Shown: in pieces, positions 18,558 to 27,057 of the stretch | How positions within the stretch are numbered: the first letter of the stretch is position 1 | Layout of the letters: the number at the start of each line of letters is the position of its first letter | Assembly (NCBI GenBank): GCA_018819325.1 | Contig: JAHJQJ010000031.1 | Span: forward strand, 1-42,158 | Direction: 5' to 3' | DNA from: Patescibacteria group bacterium | GTDB lineage: Bacteria > Patescibacteriota > Microgenomatia > UBA1400 > MFAQ01 | Length of the DNA: 42,158 nt | Notes under the pieces: generated by a model | Told to the model about the DNA's origin: nothing | What the model saw: the letters and a program-made list of their open reading frames with translations, nothing else | The model's database searches: none | Position numbers and translations under genes: made by a program

Positions 18558-19194
18558 GAGATTTGATGGTGGGTAGAAGCTGATCTTTTTTGCCGTCCTC
18601 GACAAAATTTTTGTATGCCAAAGGGGTTTTGAAGTGGTTGATGATGGTTTGAGTGTGAACCCAAGAGGTGTTTTTTAGTTTCATATAGTCTGAATAGCTT
18701 GAAGGTTGGCTGGTTAGTGGTTTTGGATGGGGATTGAGGTGTATGTAACGTGATAAATGAATAAATTGCTCCTCTGTGTTTACTAGAACTGCTTTGTAAG
18801 CGCTTTCGAAAAGTGTACCTGATCTTTGATGTTGTTTGTTGAAGTAGGTAGTGTAACGGGCTGTTAGTGATTTCATAAAATATTGAATATCACGATTTAA
18901 CTCTTGCTTGACAAGTAAGTGAAAATGGTTGGGCATAAGACAGTAAGCAATGAGGATGATATTTTGATTGTAGTTGCAACATTGATAACCTTTGATTTGA
19001 TAAGTTTTTTCGTTGATCGATATTTCCCTTTTTGGGTTTTTGGAAGGAATTGGGGAGAGATATTCTTTTAGGTAGCTTAGGAAAACGGCGTAGTCTTGTT
19101 TGTTTTGGTAAATTGTTCGTTTGTCTACGCCGCGGTTGTATAGATGGTAGTAACTATTTGGTTTGTAGGTTTTGACAATGTTTTTGGCAGGCAT
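18541..19194 (-). CDS. IS200-like Y1 (HUH) transposase, RAYT class (RAYT-2)
   Basis: YHLYNRG, HUH motif LMPNHFHLLVKQ, Tyr region LSRYIHLNP. Start set at MPAKNIV (ATG 19194) by analogy with RAYT-1 and RAYT-3 and because of a TACAAT-N6-ATG arrangement. Flanked by REP-B. Confidence 0.85.
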   Translation of the reverse strand: MPAKNIVKTYKPNSYYHLYNRGVDKRTIYQNKQDYAVFLSYLKEYLSPIPSKNPKREISINEKTYQIKGYQCCNYNQNIILIAYCLMPNHFHLLVKQELNRDIQYFMKSLTARYTTYFNKQHQRSGTLFESAYKAVLVNTEEQFIHLSRYIHLNPHPKPLTSQPSSYSDYMKLKNTSWVHTQTIINHFKTPLAYKNFVEDGKKDQLLPTIKSLILDS

Positions 19195-19217
19195 GATTTT
19201 ATTGTAGCAAATTAACT

Positions 19218-19242
19218 TTAACAAAGGTGAGACCTTGGTTAA
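19218..19242 (+). repeat. REP-B palindrome copy
   Basis: 23 nt upstream of the RAYT-2 start (minus strand). Same sequence as 18520-18544. Confidence 0.85.
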
Positions 19243-19259
19243 AGTGGGTGTTGTATATA

Positions 19260-19784
19260 ATGACGGGTATGGATGAGGGGAATAGGTGGATTATGTGGTT
19301 GATGTTTTTTGCGGTGGTGGGTTTGGCGTTTTTTTTGCCGTTGGTGGATAATGATTTTGGTTGGCATTATGTGTGTGGTAATCGGATATTGTCTGGTGCT
19401 CGTTGGTGTTTGGAGAATGACTTGACATATTTGTTACCTGGCTATAAGTGGGCTTACACGGCTTTTATTTACGACGCTTTGATTGCTTGGGGATATAACT
19501 TGGGTGGCTTTTTGATTTGGCAGTTACCAGAAATGAAGATGTTCGTGGATGGTCGGATGCCGGCCTGGATAGGGGAGGGAAGTAAAAGTCCTTACACTAC
19601 TTGGTTGGAGGTGATTCAGGCACAGCCGGGTTGGAATGAGTACTTGTTGGGTATGGGAACGGAGTACTTGTTGATCGCGCCGGGGACGTTTTTGGACTTG
19701 GAACTTGATGAGGGTGGGGCTCTGGAGTTGGGATGGGAGGAAGAATATAGGGATAAGGGGGCGGTGGTTTATGGACGGATGTAA
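19260..19784 (+). pseudogene. Internally deleted remnant of a GT-C-like membrane protein gene
   Basis: The N-terminal first TM plus DNDFGWHY motif is joined directly to a C-terminal soluble tail (MFVDGRMP...YLLIAPG...GWEEEYRD), without the expected multi-TM core. Its promoter and first ~13 codons are duplicated at 17676-17727. Confidence 0.45.
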
Positions 19785-19789
19785 CGGGT

Positions 19790-19814
19790 TTAACAAAGGT
19801 GAGACCTTGGTTAA
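19790..19814 (+). repeat. REP-B palindrome copy between convergent genes
   Basis: Same 25-mer. It overlaps the stop codon of gene 19811-20452. Confidence 0.85.
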
Positions 19815-20452
19815 TTTTTGAGTTGGCGGATGGTGTAGATGAGGGCAACTAGACCGAGGGTGATGGAGATGGCGGTGATGATTATTGGAGTGCTGATGAA
19901 TGGTCCGGTGGTAGGGGTTGGAGAAATTGTTGTGGTGGCAACTGGTGTGGGTGGTGTGTACATTTGACCACCTAGCTTTTGGATAGGTTGGCCAGTGGGT
20001 TGGGTGGAGATGGTTGTGGGTTTGGTATCTGTGGAGGGAGTGGTTTGTGAAGAGTTTTGTGTGCTGATTTCAGTGAATTGATTATCTTGGTTGATGGTAA
20101 TTGTGCCTGTTGCGGGTTGTGTAAAAATGAGCTTGGCAATTGTGGTGTTTTCTTGAAAGGCAACAGGTTTGGATGGATTGGATGTGATGGCGGCTAGTTC
20201 GATTTGGTAGCCGTTTAAGATGGGTTTGACGCGATTGGTAAGAAAGTTTAGATTTGGGTGGTTGATGATGTCTAGTTGAACACCATCTAGATTTGGGTTT
20301 TGATCGATTATTGAGAGTGAGGGATCGGCGGTGATTTGGAAAACAATCTGGAATCCGTTGGTGGTCTGGTTTTGGGTATTGAGAATGATATCAAGGGCAC
20401 TTTCTGCATTTGTTCTAAAGTACGAGAGGGAATAGGTTGGATTAAGATCCAT
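19811..20452 (-). CDS. C-terminally membrane-anchored surface protein with a beta-rich (cohesin-like?) domain
   Basis: Thr/Pro-rich linker and C-terminal TM helix IIITAISITLGLVALIY. The domain motif ELAAITSNPSKP is paralogous to TLSAITQNPQQP in the neighbouring protein. Confidence 0.45.
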   Translation of the reverse strand: MDLNPTYSLSYFRTNAESALDIILNTQNQTTNGFQIVFQITADPSLSIIDQNPNLDGVQLDIINHPNLNFLTNRVKPILNGYQIELAAITSNPSKPVAFQENTTIAKLIFTQPATGTITINQDNQFTEISTQNSSQTTPSTDTKPTTISTQPTGQPIQKLGGQMYTPPTPVATTTISPTPTTGPFISTPIIITAISITLGLVALIYTIRQLKN

Positions 20453-20457
20453 GGGTA

Positions 20458-21747
20458 TTATTTAGGGTATTTGGTTGGGATGGGGGTTACTGTGATGGGT
20501 TTGCCTATGGTTTTGGTTGGTTTGGTGACTGGTGGTGTTTTATTATTTGTTGAATTAAAAGTGTCACCTGGTTGACCTGGGGCAAAGTTTTTAACTAAGA
20601 GTTGATAGTCTTTTATATTGACATAGCCGTCATAATTGAAGTCGGCTTGGGCATTTGGTTGGTGAAGAGTGGGATTGAAAGTTGTGGTTAGGATGTGGTA
20701 GTCTTCGAGATCTATAAGGTTATCGTTGTTGGCGTCGCCAGTGAGGATGAGGGTTTCAGTACGATCAATGATATTTTCTCTATTGGGTATTAGGCTGGTT
20801 TGAAAAGCCTTACCTAAGTGTTTTGAGCTTTTGATGATGAAAGTGTAAAGGGGTTGGTTAATGGTATTTCTGGGGAGATTGTATGAGGCAATGAACTGGA
20901 CAGAGTTGGTTTGTTGATTCCAACCTAAACCTACTGGACCAACAGGTTTGATGATGTTACCTGCTTGGTTATAGAGGGTGGTGGTGAGATTAGGAAGACC
21001 GTTGGGGTGGGTACCTTCTAAGTTGAGGTAAAGTTTAGTTGTAGTTTCAGCTGGAATTATGGTAGGAGTGGGGAGGGAAGTGGGTGTGGCTGAGATGGTG
21101 GAAGTAGGGGTGGGGCTGATGGAAGGAGTGGGGGTTGGGGTGGGTTGAAAAGTAATTTTAAGTGTGGGGAGGTTACCTGCAAGGTTTTCGCCAGTTGAGT
21201 GGCTGATAACTTTGGTGATTGTGGAGTCAAACGAAAGTGTGGCAGTTGAGGTTTTTGTTATATTATCGAAGAAAAGATGAATGTTACCGATTTGGATTGG
21301 TTTGTTAAGAAGGTGGTCTGTAGGAAATGGTTGTTGTGGGTTTTGGGTTATAGCAGAGAGAGTGATTTTATAACGATTGTTGGCTGGTTCGTGTTCAATG
21401 GTGTTGGTGATGATGCTGAGACCAGGGGAACCAGGATTATTGATGGCGGTTTCTGGTAGATTGAAAACGAGGTTATCGGGAGATTGGTAATCAAGGTAGG
21501 CAACAAATTGAATACCGTCAACTGCTTGAGGAGTGTTTATAGAGAAAGTAATGTTTTTTATGGCGGGTCCGTTTTGAACATTGAGGGCAAGGACTGATGA
21601 TTCTGGGGTAGTTTCATAGGCTTTTTTGCGGATGTCTTGGGACTGGCGGACAGTGATGATGAGGGCGGGGATGAGAAGAATAGAAGTTAAAAAAAGGAAA
21701 AAACCAAGTTTGTCCTTTCTAGATCTAAAGAGTTTTAGTTTGGTCAT
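20458..21747 (-). CDS. Secreted/anchored protein with a C-terminal dockerin-type duplicated Ca-binding repeat
   Basis: N-terminal TM/signal helix, a PTPTPTPS linker and dockerin-like repeats GDANNDNLIDLEDYHILTTTF and ADFNYDGYVNIKDYQLLVKNF. Confidence 0.6.
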   Translation of the reverse strand: MTKLKLFRSRKDKLGFFLFLTSILLIPALIITVRQSQDIRKKAYETTPESSVLALNVQNGPAIKNITFSINTPQAVDGIQFVAYLDYQSPDNLVFNLPETAINNPGSPGLSIITNTIEHEPANNRYKITLSAITQNPQQPFPTDHLLNKPIQIGNIHLFFDNITKTSTATLSFDSTITKVISHSTGENLAGNLPTLKITFQPTPTPTPSISPTPTSTISATPTSLPTPTIIPAETTTKLYLNLEGTHPNGLPNLTTTLYNQAGNIIKPVGPVGLGWNQQTNSVQFIASYNLPRNTINQPLYTFIIKSSKHLGKAFQTSLIPNRENIIDRTETLILTGDANNDNLIDLEDYHILTTTFNPTLHQPNAQADFNYDGYVNIKDYQLLVKNFAPGQPGDTFNSTNNKTPPVTKPTKTIGKPITVTPIPTKYPK

Positions 21748-21797
21748 TGATTTTTAGTATGATGGTATGTAGATATCTTTGTCAATAGTGGGTTTCT

Positions 21798-21836
21798 GGA
21801 ATCCCCGTGGGGTCCTGAATCAAGTTCAGGATGACG
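21798..21836 (+). repeat. Palindromic element PE-L copy (GGAATCCCCGTGGGGTCCTGAATCAAGTTCAGGATGACG)
   Basis: Two adjacent hairpins (CCCCGTGGGG; CCTGAA/TTCAGG) just upstream of obg. Confidence 0.75.
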
Positions 21837-21842
21837 AGGTGA

Positions 21843-22883
<1,041 letters not shown>

Positions 22884-22905
22884 GTTTTTGATTGTACGTT
22901 AAGGT

Positions 22906-23087
22906 GTCACGTAATACTTTCTAAGAAAGAAAGTAAACGTGACTAACCACGTTTAAATTTTGAAAAAATTTATTACGTGGTGGACCTGGGCGGAATTGGA
23001 CCGCCAATTTACCCGTGCGAGGGGTACGGTATACCGTTTACCTACAGGCCCACGTAATAAATTTCTTATTAAGAAATTTAAACGTGG
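22906..23087 (+). other. Cluster of three long AT-rich hairpins with CCACGT/ACGTGG arm ends, plus a GC-richer structured core
   Basis: Hairpins at 22906-22943, 22947-22980 and 23050-23087. An alternative 12-bp pairing TTTATTACGTGG/CCACGTAATAAA encloses 22981-23049, which contains the GGCGG/CCGCC and CGGTATACCG palindromes. Confidence 0.5.
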
Positions 23088-23203
23088 CTGGGGCCACATA
23101 AGAACGTCTATCGCAGAGCAATATTACGTTCAACGTGGCTGGGGCCACATAAGAACGTCTATCGCAGAGCAATATTACGTTCAACGTGGCTGGTGCCACA
23201 TGA
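23081..23203 (+). repeat. 51-bp tandem direct repeat, about 2.4 copies
   Basis: The unit AACGTGGCTGGGGCCACATAAGAACGTCTATCGCAGAGCAATATTACGTTC occurs at 23081-23131 and, identically, at 23132-23182. A diverged partial third unit begins at 23183. Confidence 0.9.
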
Positions 23204-23337
23204 GGGTATTTTAGTATATTTGGTGATAAAATACCGATGAGTTACTAAACCAGATACGCGATCGCGTGAGTGGATTGGTGGAGGTGGGTAGGGTGATTGG
23301 GGTGATTATGGAGGGAGTTGTAGGTTGTCTTCTAGGG

Positions 23338-23748
23338 CTAGGTTAATAAGGATAACTTGGCTAATTTTTTGTCTATGGTGATTAGGGGTACTTGATTGAT
23401 TTGACTTAGGTGTAGATAGAGAGCGTCATAAAAGGAAAGATTGTGTTTGATGGTTAGGTTGAGTGTGGCTAGGTAATTTATTTGGTAGGTGTATCTGATA
23501 GGTAGGAGTAAGAATTGTTTGAGTATTTGTTTGGCTAGTTTGGGTTGTAGTCGTTTTTGAAGAATAGCTGTTTTTAGAGTGTTACCCACCTCTATTTTTA
23601 AGAGTTCTGGAGCAATAAGGTTTAGTTTGTTTTGTTGATAGAGCTGAAATGTGTGGGATATTTTCTTGGGTGGGGACTCGTCTGGCAGAAGGTATGACAG
23701 GATGGCAGATGAGTCTATGACCACGGACGGCTGTTTATTTGCGGCCAT
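23338..23748 (-). CDS. vapC: PIN-domain ribonuclease toxin (VapC-like)
   Basis: VVIDSSAILSYLLPDE (first acidic residue), SFYDALYL, LITIDKKL. It overlaps the upstream antitoxin gene by 14 nt. Confidence 0.75.
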   Translation of the reverse strand: MAANKQPSVVIDSSAILSYLLPDESPPKKISHTFQLYQQNKLNLIAPELLKIEVGNTLKTAILQKRLQPKLAKQILKQFLLLPIRYTYQINYLATLNLTIKHNLSFYDALYLHLSQINQVPLITIDKKLAKLSLLT

Positions 23749-23977
23749 GGGCGATAAGTTCTTTGTAGTTGATGCCCTTGGTGTTTATTTGTTGGCCAAG
23801 TTTTTGAAGATTAGAGAGTATTTTAGCGGTGGTATTGATCTGGGGTATGGTGTAGGTTTGTTTGACTGCTTGGCGGATAAGTTTACCCATACTGACGTTG
23901 TTTTGAGAGGCAAGCTGGGAGAGTAGGTGGTAGTCTGTTTCTTCTAATAGAAGATTGGTTCTATGGGTTAGTAGCAT
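23735..23977 (-). CDS. vapB: Ribbon-helix-helix antitoxin (VapB-like)
   Basis: 80 aa. RTNLLLEETDYHLLSQLASQNNVSMGKLIRQAV fits an RHH (beta strand-helix-helix) pattern. Located upstream of and overlapping the PIN gene. Confidence 0.55.
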   Translation of the reverse strand: MLLTHRTNLLLEETDYHLLSQLASQNNVSMGKLIRQAVKQTYTIPQINTTAKILSNLQKLGQQINTKGINYKELIAHGRK

Positions 23978-24025
23978 GACTTAATAGTAACATGTTACTT
24001 GATGGCTGTCAAGGGGGTGGTGGGG

Positions 24026-24052
24026 CCCCGCACCAGTCGGTGCAGGATGACG
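24026..24052 (+). repeat. Palindromic element PE-D (CCCCGCACCAGTCGGTGCAGGATGACG)
   Basis: GCACC-AGTC-GGTGC hairpin, 24 nt upstream of the tRNA. Confidence 0.8.
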
Positions 24053-24076
24053 ACGTGGTAAAATAGGGGGAATCTT

Positions 24077-24152
24077 GGGCCCGTAGCTCAGTTGGTAGAG
24101 CGCCTGCGTGGCACGTAGGAGGCAAGGGGTTCGATCCCCCTCGGGTCCACCA
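24077..24152 (+). tRNA. tRNA-Ala (anticodon GGC) with encoded CCA end
   Basis: Manual fold: acceptor stem GGGCCCG/CGGGTCC with the G3:U70 Ala identity pair, D arm GCTC-AGTTGGTA-GAGC, anticodon stem CCTGC/GTAGG with loop GTGGCAC, T arm GGGGG-TTCGATC-CCCCT, then ACCA. Confidence 0.9.
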
Positions 24153-24159
24153 CGCTGGT

Positions 24160-24178
24160 GTGCACCTCCAAGGTGCAC
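24160..24178 (+). repeat. REP-A palindrome copy 4
   Basis: Exact 19-mer, 7 nt after the tRNA 3' end. Confidence 0.9.
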
Positions 24179-24202
24179 GTTTATAATTTGTGTAGATGAT
24201 AT

Positions 24203-24802
24203 ATGGAGGAAGAAAAAGTAGGACCAGTGTTGGGGGTGGAGGATTATTTGAATATGTTGCCAGAGGATGGGCAAGAGATGATTAGTGCGGAGCTTGAGAG
24301 ATTGCGGAGACTGGTAAGGCTTGATCCAATGCTAGGAGAACACGGGATACTTAATAGGGAAGGATTTAAGCAAGAGGTGCAAAAAATTGCAGAGGTGATA
24401 AAAAGAGGAAAATTAAAACAAGTAGTGCTTTTGCTAGGGGACGTTAATAGATTTAAGCAAGTTAATGATACTTTTGGACATCCACACGGAGACGGGGTAT
24501 TACATAAAATTTCTGAGGTATTGAAGGATTATGACGTTGTGGTTAGATTGGGTGGAGATGAGTTTGGGGTGTTGTTGCTGGTGTATAGTGATAGAGATGG
24601 TTTTGTGGATGAGGAAGATGTAAAAAAGAGGCTTGAGAGAATTAAAGTGTTAGAGGGTAAGGAAGCTGGGACGGTTAGTTTTGGGGTTAAGTTGTTTACG
24701 GCGAAGGAGTTTTTGGAGATAGTGGATGAGGGAGGAGATGTGGTAGGTAAACTATTTAAAGATGCGGATGAGAGAATGTATGAGGAGAAAAGGGAGATTT
24801 AA
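24203..24802 (+). CDS. Stand-alone GGDEF-domain protein (putative diguanylate cyclase)
   Basis: LLLGDVNRFKQVNDTFGHPHGDGVL and RLGGDEFGVLL (intact GGDEF). Only a ~75-aa N-terminal extension. The I-site position reads KDYD rather than RxxD. Confidence 0.85.
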   Translation: MEEEKVGPVLGVEDYLNMLPEDGQEMISAELERLRRLVRLDPMLGEHGILNREGFKQEVQKIAEVIKRGKLKQVVLLLGDVNRFKQVNDTFGHPHGDGVLHKISEVLKDYDVVVRLGGDEFGVLLLVYSDRDGFVDEEDVKKRLERIKVLEGKEAGTVSFGVKLFTAKEFLEIVDEGGDVVGKLFKDADERMYEEKREI

Positions 24803-24812
24803 CCGTTAAGGC

Positions 24813-24871
24813 GTGTTCCACATCTGAACAGATCTCCGCCCGATGGCGGAGCCAGTTCCGATGAGAAACAC
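24813..24871 (+). repeat. Palindromic element PE-H (GTGTTCCACATCTGAACAG...TCCGATGAGAAACAC)
   Basis: Intergenic copy between convergent genes. Related copies at 27699-27750 and 31393-31447. Confidence 0.8.
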
Positions 24872-24876
24872 TGACC

Positions 24877-27057
24877 TTAGTTTGTGGATTGTTCTGTTGA
24901 TTCTGGTTCTTCTGTGGGGGTGGGGGAAGGGATTTCTGGGGCGGAGTCTTCTGGGAGGTTAATAGGTTCTGCTGGTGAGGGAAGCGGGGTGGGGGTGACT
25001 AGTTGGATGTCTTTTTCGGTTTCGGCCACCCCGGGGGAGTCAGGGCCCACCCCCGGGGAGACCTGCGCTGCGGGGACGAGTTTTTCTAGTGCTGTAAGTT
25101 CGTCTTGGGCTTTTTGGTAGTCGTCGGTGTTGGGGTCAAGAAGCTGAACAACAATTCTCATTTCTGCCAGAGCTTTGGGGTAGTTTTTGTTGTCTCTGTA
25201 GGCGGCTGAGAGGTTGTAGTGGGCGTTGGGCCAGTCGGATTTTCTGTCGACGGCTTGTTGGAATAGGCTGATGGCGCCGTCGTAGTCTTTTAGGGTCAAC
25301 AAAACTCCGCCTAGGTCTAGTCTTAGGGCTGGGTTGGTGGGGTCTAGGTTGATAGCTTGGGAGTAGGCGGCGATGGTCCAGTCTGCGGCGCCTTCTGCAA
25401 AGTTGATTATTTGGCGGTAGGTGCTGGCTAGATTTTCCCAAACGGTGACGTTTCTAGGGTCTAGCTGGGTGGCGTTTTTGGCTTCTCTGATGGCTTGTTC
25501 GACTAGTTGGGTTAGGTCTTGTTTATCTTGGTCGGATAAATTTTCATTTTGAGCTAGGGAGTTGGCTAAGGCTAGAGAGGTTTGAGAGAAGTTAATGCGG
25601 TAGGCTGGGTTGGTGGGGTCTAGGGTGTAGGCTTGAGATTGATAGTTGTAGGAGGTGATGGCCTCTGTATTTAAGGTGTCGATGGCTTTTTTAGTGACGG
25701 CGGCGGCGGCGTAGATGCGACCAGAGAAGAACCAGAAGAAACCAAGAAGAATTACTGTGAAAGTGGTGTAGGCCCAAGGAAGGATGGCGTTGGCTCCCCC
25801 AGTTGGGTAGTTCACTGTGTTGTCCCCAGTTGGGTAGTTCACTTCGCTCGCATCCAACGGGGTCTGCGCACCTGCGGCGCTTGATTTTGGGGTGGCGACT
25901 AGATTGATGATGACGTCCTTTACTTTGTTATGGTCTTGGAGCTTAAGATTTAAGGTAACTAGGGTTAGGGCTAAAAAGCTAAGGGTTAAAAGCACGGGGG
26001 TGGCGGGGACTAGGAAAAAGACGATGAAGGATGTGATGAGAATTATGCGGGAAAAGGTGTGGTGGGCCCCAGTTGGGTAGTTCACTTCGTTCACACCCAA
26101 CAAGGTCTTCGCGCCTGCGGCGCTTGATGTTCTGGTGAAGGAAAAGATAAAGGAGAGGAGGCCCAAGAGTCCGGTGGTGGTGAGAATGGTTAGTAATTCG
26201 TTGGAGGAGTTAGAGAAACGAATGTTCCAGAGAGGGGTAAAGTTTAGGCTGATGGGTCTTAGTCTGGTGAAGGCGGTAAGGAAAGTCCCCGGGCCGGTGC
26301 CAAGGAGGGCGGTGCGAGCGTTTTTAAAGATGTCGACGGCGATGGACCAGCCAGCTGATAAAGGTAGGAGGGTTAGGGAGGCTTCTGGAGTAGAGGGCAA
26401 GAGGAAGTTTATTTGAAAGATGCTGGCGACGGTGAAAACGGTGGCGACGGTGAAGATAAAAAGTTTGGCGAGCCATTGGTTGGTTTTAAGGCCTAAATAA
26501 ATTACGGCAGGGATTAAAGGTAGAGTTAGGCTTAAAAGGGGTAGTGGGCCACCAGCTGGGTTGAAGATTTTGGACTGGAGGTAGGCTGGACCGGCCATAT
26601 TTTCTGCTAATCCTAGGGCTTGGTAGATGGCAAAAAGACTGGTGATAAATACGGAGGCTAAAAGAGAGTAGATGGTGGTTTGGATGACGAACTGGTTTTT
26701 TTGGCTAGAGGTGGTGGTTAAGAAGATGACAACCAAGGCGGCAATGAGTGAGGTTTGGCCAAAAAGACTTTGGGTGGTGTTGGGGGCTTGGACAATGGAA
26801 GAAATGATATAAATGGCGACTAGGGCTAAAAGTGGGCCACTGGCAGGAGAGAGGGTGAGTTGGAGTTTGCGGCGGGTGAGGGTTCTGATGGAGAAGGCGA
26901 TTAAGCTAACAGAGGCGAGTATATATAGAAGGAAGCGTTTGTTGAAGGAGAAGAAGTCTGGGGTGAGGGTGAGGAAGAACAGGGGAACCAGAAAGGCCGT
27001 TAGAGGAAGGATGAATTTTAGGGTTTGGCTGGCGATTTTGTCTAGGGTCTGTCTCAT
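24877..27057 (-). CDS. O-antigen-ligase-like (Wzy_C type) polytopic membrane protein with C-terminal TPR repeats
   Basis: At least 10 TM helices, LLGTGPGTF motif, and C-terminal TPR repeats (AYSQAINLDPTNPALRLDLGGVLLTLKDYDGAISLFQQAV, NAHYNLSAAYRDNKNYPKA). Two in-frame PE-E inserts. Confidence 0.6.
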   Translation of the reverse strand: MRQTLDKIASQTLKFILPLTAFLVPLFFLTLTPDFFSFNKRFLLYILASVSLIAFSIRTLTRRKLQLTLSPASGPLLALVAIYIISSIVQAPNTTQSLFGQTSLIAALVVIFLTTTSSQKNQFVIQTTIYSLLASVFITSLFAIYQALGLAENMAGPAYLQSKIFNPAGGPLPLLSLTLPLIPAVIYLGLKTNQWLAKLFIFTVATVFTVASIFQINFLLPSTPEASLTLLPLSAGWSIAVDIFKNARTALLGTGPGTFLTAFTRLRPISLNFTPLWNIRFSNSSNELLTILTTTGLLGLLSFIFSFTRTSSAAGAKTLLGVNEVNYPTGAHHTFSRIILITSFIVFFLVPATPVLLTLSFLALTLVTLNLKLQDHNKVKDVIINLVATPKSSAAGAQTPLDASEVNYPTGDNTVNYPTGGANAILPWAYTTFTVILLGFFWFFSGRIYAAAAVTKKAIDTLNTEAITSYNYQSQAYTLDPTNPAYRINFSQTSLALANSLAQNENLSDQDKQDLTQLVEQAIREAKNATQLDPRNVTVWENLASTYRQIINFAEGAADWTIAAYSQAINLDPTNPALRLDLGGVLLTLKDYDGAISLFQQAVDRKSDWPNAHYNLSAAYRDNKNYPKALAEMRIVVQLLDPNTDDYQKAQDELTALEKLVPAAQVSPGVGPDSPGVAETEKDIQLVTPTPLPSPAEPINLPEDSAPEIPSPTPTEEPESTEQSTN
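25797..25884 (+). repeat. Palindromic element PE-E, 1.3 copies (CCCCAGTTGGGTAGTTCAC...CCAACGGGGTCTGCGCACCTGCGGCGCTTGA), in frame within a CDS
   Basis: GTTGGGT/(A/G)TCCAAC-type hairpin. Translated on the minus strand as SSAAGAQTPLDASEVNYPTGDNTVNYPTGG. Confidence 0.8.
26067..26127 (+). repeat. Palindromic element PE-E copy, in frame within a CDS
   Basis: Translated on the minus strand as SSAAGAKTLLGVNEVNYPTG. Confidence 0.8.

Noticed and set aside
23081-23203. Possible mini-CRISPR array (regularly spaced repeats containing a GTGGC-N4-GCCAC hairpin)
   Set aside because: The whole 51-bp unit is duplicated identically, so there are no unique spacers. There are only about 2.4 units and no cas genes in the window. 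It is a plain tandem duplication.
22960-23214. 84-codon ORF (TTG start) as a real protein with an RGWGHIRTSIAEQYYVQ repeat
   Set aside because: The weak start lies inside a hairpin. The reading frame is simply carried by the 51-bp (17-codon) tandem repeat. The region is dominated by palindromes, so it is more likely non-coding.
23981-24274. 97-codon minus-strand ORF
   Set aside because: It runs antisense across the tRNA-Ala gene, a PE-D element and a REP-A copy, so it is a spurious ORF.
24813-24871. Hammerhead-like ribozyme in PE-H elements (CCGATGAG...GAAAC resembles the CUGAUGA...GAAA core)
   Set aside because: The conserved U4 is replaced (CCGAUGAG). The alternative CUGAACA box lacks G8. 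No three-stem junction with a cleavage-site UH could be drawn. Terminal inverted repeats explain the structure better.
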